Part shown: one piece after another, positions 9,351 through 14,899 of the stretch
Numbering within the stretch: position 1 is the first letter of the stretch
Layout: every line of letters begins with the position of its first letter
Assembly (NCBI GenBank): GCA_043228905.1
Contig: JBHGNT010000832.1
Coordinates: 1 to 14,899 of the forward strand
From: Azolla caroliniana
Lineage: Eukaryota; Plantae; Polypodiophyta
Length of the DNA: 14,899 nucleotides
Direction of reading: 5' to 3'
Program-made: the position numbers and the translations under genes
The notes under the pieces: model-generated
The model's input: the letters and a program-made list of their open reading frames with translations, nothing else
What the model was told of the DNA's origin: nothing
Databases searched by the model: none

Positions 9351-11153
9351 CTATGTCTCAACTAGCCTTACTGGTGAGTGTTGTGTTTTCCTTCCCACGA
9401 ATAAGTTGAAGGAAGGTAAGATTTTCTTTTTCTTCTTTCGACTATGCACTGATGGAATTTCTGATAATGTGCTTGTTTCATCATCACAGTCATCATCATC
9501 ATCAAGAAATGGGGGCATTTTCATGCTCAACATGTGAGCCAGTGACTCCCCAGATTTTCGTAGTGATAGTGACAAGATTTCACTTCGATCCACTAACTTA
9601 TTAGCTTGGAAATCTCTCCTATTCTCGAATTGTTCTTCCTTTTGATGATTTACTTCTTTTCTAGCAAGTGCTTGTTTCTCTCTCCATTTCCTCATTTCTC
9701 CTTCAACTGCTAATTTTGCTGCTTCTGCCATCTTGGCTCTTTGTATAGCTTCATTCATGTTCGTCTTCATCGTTGTGATCTCATCATTTAATGTTATAAG
9801 TTTTTGTTGCAATTCTAGCTCACCAATCTCCATGGCTTCTATTTGTGCTGTGACTGCAGCTACCCTCAAGTTTGCGATCTTTTCGGCATTTTGGGTTTCC
9901 TTCTTCAATCTCTCATACTCTTCTTGAGATATGGTGATACATTCCTCTCCTTGTGTATCATCACTGATACTGGAAGCTGTTGTTGTGCTCACTTTTTGTG
10001 GTAGATCTTCATATCTCTTAGTGGACATCTTCTGGGCCTCCTTAGCTTCCTCGGCTGCTTTAAAGGCAAACTCGAGTTCGAGTCCAACATATGCTGCCAT
10101 TGTTTTAGCTTTTTCAGCATCGGCCCTCGCTTTCTCTGCCTCCTCTTTTTCCCCTTTTGCACTCTTCTTTGCCTCTTCGGCTTCAGCTCTAATATTTTTC
10201 AAAGCCAATGAAAGGCTTGAAAAAGCTTCGTTCGCTCTAGCCTCAGCCAAGAGGGCTAAGCTTAGCTCAGACTTTGTTCTCACCAACTCAGTCTTGAGCG
10301 CCGAAATGCACCTTTTTGCACTCATCTCACTCTCTTCAATGTTGACCATTTCTTTTGTCATAGATTCCACCTTTGCATGCAAAAAAGCATCAATTGCCAA
10401 TGCTTTCTTGAGCTCTGATTTGGTATTCTCGAGATCGGAAAGTGCTTCGGAGAATTTCTTTGCCAATATATCCTCTTGTACTTTGATCATTGATAGTTCT
10501 TGTTTTAAGCAGATAACCTCCTCGTTCATAACAAAAAGCTTATCTGTAAGCTCTTGGAGAGCCACGTTGTGTGAGTTTTGATGATGATGAGATTCATTTC
10601 CTCCATTTTGGGCTGCAATAAGAGCTGCAGCTCTTTCTTTATTAGCTTCAATACAAGCCATTTTTACTAATCTTAAGGATTCCTTAGTGCCCGACATCTC
10701 GCGATGCAATTCTTCAACTCTTTTCGCATTTATCTCAGCCGATATAAACGCCTCTTCGGCTTGTCTAAGAGCATTTTCTCTCTCAATAATTGAATCGCCA
10801 AGCTCTCTTCGGACATTCTGTAACTCTTCTTTCACAGATTCTAGTTGCGATACAGCTGTCATGTGTTGTTCTCGTGCCACTTTGAGTTGAACCTCCCACA
10901 CAACATGTTTTATCTCATCATTTGGGAGGTTGCTTTGTTTTGTCACATTTGTGCTTCCTTTTGCATGTGAAACTTCTCCTTCTTGGGGGAGCAACATCAT
11001 TCCTTTATCCATCAAAATTTCTAGAAGTTTCTTGGGGTCGTTCATATCGGCAAAAGCCTTTTCTTTGGCATTTTCGGCTTTTCTCAATCGTTCCTCTGCA
11101 TTGGCTAGCTCTTTTCTAAGTACTTGTAACTCTGTTTCCTTTATAGCATGCTT
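9351..11153 (-). CDS. WEB-family gene coding exon 2
   Basis: The listed 578-aa ORF extends 22 codons upstream in frame (KHAIKETELQVLRKELANAEER) to the acceptor at 11154. Confidence 0.9.
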   Translation of the reverse strand, partial: KHAIKETELQVLRKELANAEERLRKAENAKEKAFADMNDPKKLLEILMDKGMMLLPQEGEVSHAKGSTNVTKQSNLPNDEIKHVVWEVQLKVAREQHMTAVSQLESVKEELQNVRRELGDSIIERENALRQAEEAFISAEINAKRVEELHREMSGTKESLRLVKMACIEANKERAAALIAAQNGGNESHHHQNSHNVALQELTDKLFVMNEEVICLKQELSMIKVQEDILAKKFSEALSDLENTKSELKKALAIDAFLHAKVESMTKEMVNIEESEMSAKRCISALKTELVRTKSELSLALLAEARANEAFSSLSLALKNIRAEAEEAKKSAKGEKEEAEKARADAEKAKTMAAYVGLELEFAFKAAEEAKEAQKMSTKRYEDLPQKVSTTTASSISDDTQGEECITISQEEYERLKKETQNAEKIANLRVAAVTAQIEAMEIGELELQQKLITLNDEITTMKTNMNEAIQRAKMAEAAKLAVEGEMRKWREKQALARKEVNHQKEEQFENRRDFQANKLVDRSEILSLSLRKSGESLAHMLSMKMPPFLDDDDDCDDETSTLSEIPSVHSRKKKKKILPSFNLFVGRKTQHSPVRLVET

Positions 11154-11418
11154 CTACATTATTTTCACGAGAACGAAATTTTCATGAGTATTTTTTCTTA
11201 TATTCAGAAAAAGGTGTTATAAGCTCGTAGTTTGTAATTTGAGTCTTTCTTAAGTGGTATACGTTAATTCAAACATATTAATCACAAAAAGAAAACAAGA
11301 TGTTTACCTCAGGTAATTTGAATTTCTTCACATCTTTCTTATCATCAAACAAGTGCACAGCTGCTCTGACGGATTTGAAAGGCAAACTTGTATCAATTTC
11401 CACTCTATGTTCTTCCAT
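9351..11418 (-). CDS. WEB family (WEB1/PMI2-related, WEMBL domain) coiled-coil protein, about 637 aa; complement(join(9351..11153,11308..11418))
   Basis: N-terminal MEEHRVEIDTSLPFKSVRAAVHLF resembles the WEB-family 'EIDTSAPFxSVKEAVxxF' motif. It has a long coiled coil, ITISQEEYERL, ANLRVAAVTAQIEA, RAKMAEAAKLAVEGEMRKWRE and a C-terminal KKKKKILP. The phase-0 intron 11307-11154 (GAG|GTAAAC...TGTAG|AAG) joins the exons in frame; stop TAG at 9353-9351. Confidence 0.9.
11308..11418 (-). CDS. WEB-family gene coding exon 1 (37 codons)
   Basis: ATG at 11418, 20 nt after the acceptor TTGCAG|G (11439/11438); donor GT at 11307-11306. Confidence 0.85.
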
Positions 11419-11529
11419 TGTGAATTGACTTACTAAACCTGCAACATCATAAAACAAGGCATTATATGTGCAAAAAAAGAAGCTGCTATGATATAGATCA
11501 TACAATGAAGATCTGGTCATTAGCAATAC

Positions 11530-11670
11530 CATATAAACCTTACAAAAGATGTCACACAAACCTTATGATATGCAATGCATATATACTTTATGATAAAAGG
11601 TCATATAAACTTTATGTGTGATAATAGATGTCACACAAACCTTATGATTGCATGTCACATAAACTTTATC
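11530..11670. repeat. Degenerate minisatellite / local duplication in the WEB 5'-UTR intron
   Basis: An exact 23-mer AGATGTCACACAAACCTTATGAT lies at 11547-11569 and 11626-11648, among several CATATAAACYTTAT-like units. Confidence 0.75.
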
Positions 11671-12072
11671 GAATACATACATATGTATGTATATAGGTAC
11701 GCATAAATGCACATTCATATATAATGTAAATGCTGTGTATAACACGTTATATAAAAACACACAAACACGCATATATGATGCAATTGTTGGGCAGTAAAGA
11801 AGAAGCTCAGAGAGATTAGACAAACCTGATATTTTTTTATTTTTGGCTCTTGAATTTATCTGGATGACTTGTTTTCTATAGAGGACATGGGAGCAAATTT
11901 TGACGAAGAGAACAGAGTAAATTACAGAGAAAAACAGAGTAATGGCAGTTTCTTTATGCATTTAGAAGGAAGAGGGATTAGAATACAGAGAGGTAAGAGA
12001 GCAAGAAATGTGGTAACTTCAGAGTGGGGAGGAGTGATGGCAAAGGTTAAGGAAAGGAAGTGAAGTGATTGG

Positions 12073-12076
<4 letters not shown>

Positions 12077-12126
<50 letters not shown>
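12077..12126. repeat. (GA)25 / (TC)25 microsatellite
   Basis: Perfect dinucleotide run, 30 nt inside the inferred WEB leader intron. Confidence 0.97.
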
Positions 12127-12131
<5 letters not shown>

Positions 12132-12156
12132 GGAAAGCTTGTTCTTCCTCTCATAC

Positions 12157-12440
12157 CTCTTGCCAATATGCCTTGTTGGGTGGTGGTGGTGGTGTGATCC
12201 TCGCTGCATGATTTTAATGGAGGGTCATTTCTTCGGGCGGGTGATCCTCGCGTCATTTTCTTCGACTTCGTCGCAAATCATTCCTTTGTTTCGGCGGGTG
12301 ATTCTCGCACCATTTTCTTCGATTCTGTCATTTGGTTCTTTGGTTCTGCTCCTTTCAGGCGATTCTCTCTCCTCTTCTTCTTCGATGATGTTGTCAGTGA
12401 TTCCTTCGAGTTATCCCTCAAGGGCCAGCCTCACCCATCT
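12157..12440 (-). other. Probable non-coding first exon of the WEB-family gene
   Basis: Minus-strand donor GAG|GTATGA at 12157/12156 pairs with the acceptor at 11439; the region is GC-richer than the flanks. The TSS is not determinable, so the upstream boundary is approximate. Confidence 0.45.
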
Positions 12441-12485
12441 CCACATAATTTCTCATACAAGCTTGCTTCACAATGTTCCCACATA

Positions 12486-12913
12486 TAGCAATGGGCACGA
12501 TTTCGGCTCAAACCGAACCGAACCGTTAAGCCATGGTTTAATGGTTTATTGGTTCCCAAAAATATTAATGGTTTGGATTTTCGATAAATGGTTCGGTTTT
12601 GGTTCTAAAACTTGGGTTTATAGGTTTTTAGTTAACTTTTCTTTTAACCTCAATAGTTTAATTAATGGTTTTTTTTATTGATTTAATAAATTTAACTTAA
12701 AATTAGTTTGACTTATATGGTTAGATTTAAATTTTTTATTAAATGGTTAGATTTGGTTTCAACTTTTCCCTAAACGGTTTGGGTTTAAATAGTTTGGTTT
12801 ACTTTTTCTTAAATGGTTTGGTTTAAATACTTGAGAGTTCATAAACGGTTTGATTTGGTTTTTGTTTTATATAAATAATTTGGTTTGGTTTCTTTGCCTT
12901 GAAATCGAACCGT
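12486..12913. mobile_element. Putative non-autonomous hAT-like element/MITE with AACCG/CGGTT (decayed TGGTT) subterminal motifs; right end apparently cut by an LTR insertion
   Basis: It begins TAGCAATGGGCACGATTTCGGCTCAAACCGAACCGAACCG and has an AT-rich body dense in (T/C)GGTTT motifs. It ends GAAATCGAACCGT, a partial inverse of the left end, abutting TG of the LTR. The right TIR and TSD are not visible. Confidence 0.5.
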
Positions 12914-13757
12914 TGTCGTGAAGGATCCTAGCCATAGGAAGAAAAGGGATCAGATGCGTGTAAACGGGGGTGTGGAAGGAGGCACATGAACAAGGCCTTC
13001 AATGTACATAAAAATAGTAAATATGTAGGACTAATAAGTAGTAGGCAATATGATTCAGGTGGTTACTTTAATGTCTCACATAAAGAGGGGGAATGAAACG
13101 TGTGTAGGGAGGAAAACGAGGAGAGAATCGCAGGAGAATCGGCTGTCTTGATGTATGATGTAACGACCTCCCTTTTGTACTATAAAAAGGGGAGGATTTG
13201 AACTGTTTTGGGATCCACGATTGGGGAGAATGAAATGTTGCCGGATCGAGCTCTACAGATTTCTATTCTCTGTTTTCTGTTTTCTGTCGTTGTGTTGTGA
13301 GGCCTCTTCTTCACGTTGGTAGCCCTTGTGTTCCCGATCGGAGGCTCACTAACATCTATGTGTGATTGCGGGGAGCTCGAAGCTCTGTTACCAGCCGAGT
13401 CCGGTTGTAATTCTCTTATTAAAAATTAATAGACTACCTCGTTGTTCTCAGGGTTTCTGTCTTTGCCCATGGTCTCATCTTTGTTCCCTCTCTCTTACAT
13501 GTGTGTACCTGAGTGTGTGAGCCATGAGCTCCTTGTTTGCTATCAAGTGCAACTCTGGAACTAAGAATGCGTCAGAGCCTGTGTGCTCTTCCTTCGGCAT
13601 CGGGAGACTGGTCCAAACTGGATACGTGTTCGGGTCACGATCCGGCGAAGTTATTCGGAAACCAATCCAGATAATCCTTCTTCCCTCACCAACTCCGTGG
13701 TCCGAGACCCCAGTGGTCCCGCTTCGTTTCAGCACATCCACGTGGAAATCCGCAACA
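12914..13757 (+). repeat. 5' long terminal repeat (about 844 bp)
   Basis: Starts TGTCGTG, ends CGCAACA (imperfect terminal inverted repeat) 4 nt before the PBS. The second LTR is outside the window, so the 5' boundary is inferred. Confidence 0.65.
13181..13188 (+). promoter_or_regulatory. TATA box of the LTR promoter
   Basis: CTATAAAAAGGGG within the putative U3 region. Confidence 0.55.
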
Positions 13758-13761
13758 TATT

Positions 13762-13779
13762 TGGTAAACCCGACGTGAA
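13762..13779 (+). other. Primer-binding site complementary to the 3' end of cytosolic tRNA-Trp
   Basis: TGGTAAACCCGACGTGAA versus TGGTGAACCCGACGTGAA, the reverse complement of the plant tRNA-Trp(CCA) 3' end ...TTCACGTCGGGTTCACCA as I recall it: 17/18 match, immediately after the LTR's terminal CA. Confidence 0.75.
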
Positions 13780-13827
13780 AGGGGGCGGCAAAGGAGTTCG
13801 AAATGAGGAAGCGAACTTGCAAAGGCG

Positions 13828-14899
13828 ATGGCGGTGGCCGTCAACCATATAGTAAATGCGCGAGAGAGTATAAGTGGCCTCGCCAGGGCCATAGAAACGA
13901 TAGTTGGCACGATAGGATGATTTAATGGGAAGGACGTGACAAGCTATTTGGAGGCCTACCGGGCCAAGATGATAATGAGGGACATCCCGAAGGACAGACG
14001 ACTGTTCGGATTCCCTCGAGTCGTAACGCCGAGCATTCACGCAGAAGTGCTCGAGGTCCAAGCCGACAGTCGGAATTGGACGGAGTTCGAGGGACGGCTC
14101 CTTGAAAGATATGGTTTCGACAACTCACTCTGGTTGTCGAAGCGAGAGTTCATGGAGTGGGTCAAGAGCCCCAGAAAGGGGAGGAATACATTGGTGCTCC
14201 TCTAGTAGTTCGAAAAATGATTCGCTCGGCTCTCGACGTTGGACCGAACTGTGCTCGATACGAACAATGTCCTACTATTCATCAAGTCCATCGACGCGCT
14301 AGATCGGGAGAAGGTGGCTCTCCTCTTGGAGACGAACAATGGGCTCACAGATGATTGGACCGTGGTCAAAAGAGTATGCGGGCGTTTTGACAACAACGAG
14401 AATGGAATGACGCGGGTTCGTTGTCGGCCGGCTCGACTACTAGGAGGAAGTCGGATGAACCGATTCTGACTCGGTCGGAAGAAACAAGAAGGTGGCTCGA
14501 ATCGGGTGCAACTTCGACCAACGTGGTCAAGGGGCCATCCAGGGGTGCAACTTTGGAGGAGCTAATGAAGATGGTACGAGACCTCCAGATTGCTCAGACC
14601 CGGAGGAAAGGCCGCGACCAACCGCGTGATCGGTGCCCATCGATAGGCCAAGGATGCATGTGGTGTGACGCTATCGGCCACGTTCGGAAAAACTGCGCTG
14701 ATTTTATCGACGAACTCAAGAACAATGTCATGTACCTGTGGAATGGCTGGGTACATGCTTGTGAGACCTGGAAACCCCTTGAGCTGAACACCGGCCGCAA
14801 GGGGATGAAGAGGATAATGGAAGAAGCTACGGCGCGGCATGTTGAGGCCATCCACTACTCAGCCTCCGCAGGCATCCGAGTAGGCGAAGAAAAGGGCAT
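13828..14899 (+). pseudogene. gag: Disrupted retrotransposon gag with zinc knuckle (CMWCDAIGHVRKNC at 14655-14696)
   Basis: Frame 1: MAVAVNHIVNARESISGLARAIETIVGTIG*FNGKDVTSYLEAY...WTEFEGRLLERYG...LL**FEK*FARLSTLDRTVLD...LLFIKSID...GLTDDWTVVKRVCGRFD. After a frameshift near 14390, frame 3 reads QREWND...TLEELMKMVRDLQIAQ...CMWCDAIGHVRKNC... and stays open to the edge. Stops lie at 13918, 14203, 14206 and 14218. The start codon is uncertain. Confidence 0.8.

Larger units (their letters stand above)
12914..14899 (+). mobile_element. LTR retrotransposon (probably Ty3/Gypsy-type), 5' part: LTR, PBS and decayed gag; truncated by the window edge
   Basis: There is a sharp compositional switch at 12914 and a TG...CA segment containing a TATA box. 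A tRNA-complementary PBS follows, then a gag-like frame with a CCHC knuckle. No pol is in the window, so the superfamily is inferred. Confidence 0.82.

Noticed and set aside
9733-11187. Plus-strand ORFs (216 aa at 9931-10581 and neighbours)
   Set aside because: These are antisense shadows of the Glu/Lys/Ala-rich WEB coding exon.
3463-11418. Functional coupling of MRS2 and WEB as a gene system
   Set aside because: They are convergent eukaryotic neighbours with no shared promoter or known common pathway; adjacency alone is not evidence.
12127-12681. 184-aa plus-strand ORF
   Set aside because: It is low-complexity Ser/Leu/Phe-rich, crosses from the WEB leader into a TE-like repeat, and has no recognisable domain.
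13762-13779. A tRNA-Trp gene on the minus strand
   Set aside because: Only 18 nt match, including the CCA end; there is no cloverleaf, so it is a PBS.
13475-14128. Several overlapping ORFs in the LTR/PBS region, and minus-strand ORFs at 14562-14855
   Set aside because: They are incidental in GC-richer LTR sequence or antisense to gag.

Overview
This is eukaryotic land-plant genomic DNA with GT-AG introns, microsatellites and plant-type transposons; a fern or other non-seed plant is an untested guess. Two intact host genes converge: a 5-coding-exon CorA/MRS2 magnesium transporter most like MRS2-1 (+, 3463-6855, about 452 aa, GMN motif) and a 2-coding-exon WEB/WEMBL coiled-coil gene (-, 11418-9351, about 637 aa). 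Mobile and repetitive DNA surrounds them: a dead L1-type LINE ORF1 at the left edge, a ~415-bp structured (TATG)n array, a complete Mutator-like MITE with long TIRs and a perfect 9-bp TSD between the two 3' ends, and an AACCG/GGTTT-rich putative hAT-like element. That element appears to be interrupted by an LTR retrotransposon with a 5' LTR, a tRNA-Trp-like primer-binding site and a decayed gag with a CCHC knuckle running off the right edge. I see no convincing wholly new system. The most notable items are the Trp-primed nested retroelement, the MITE's internal architecture, a possible uORF in the MRS2 leader and an antisense exon-like island in MRS2 intron 1.
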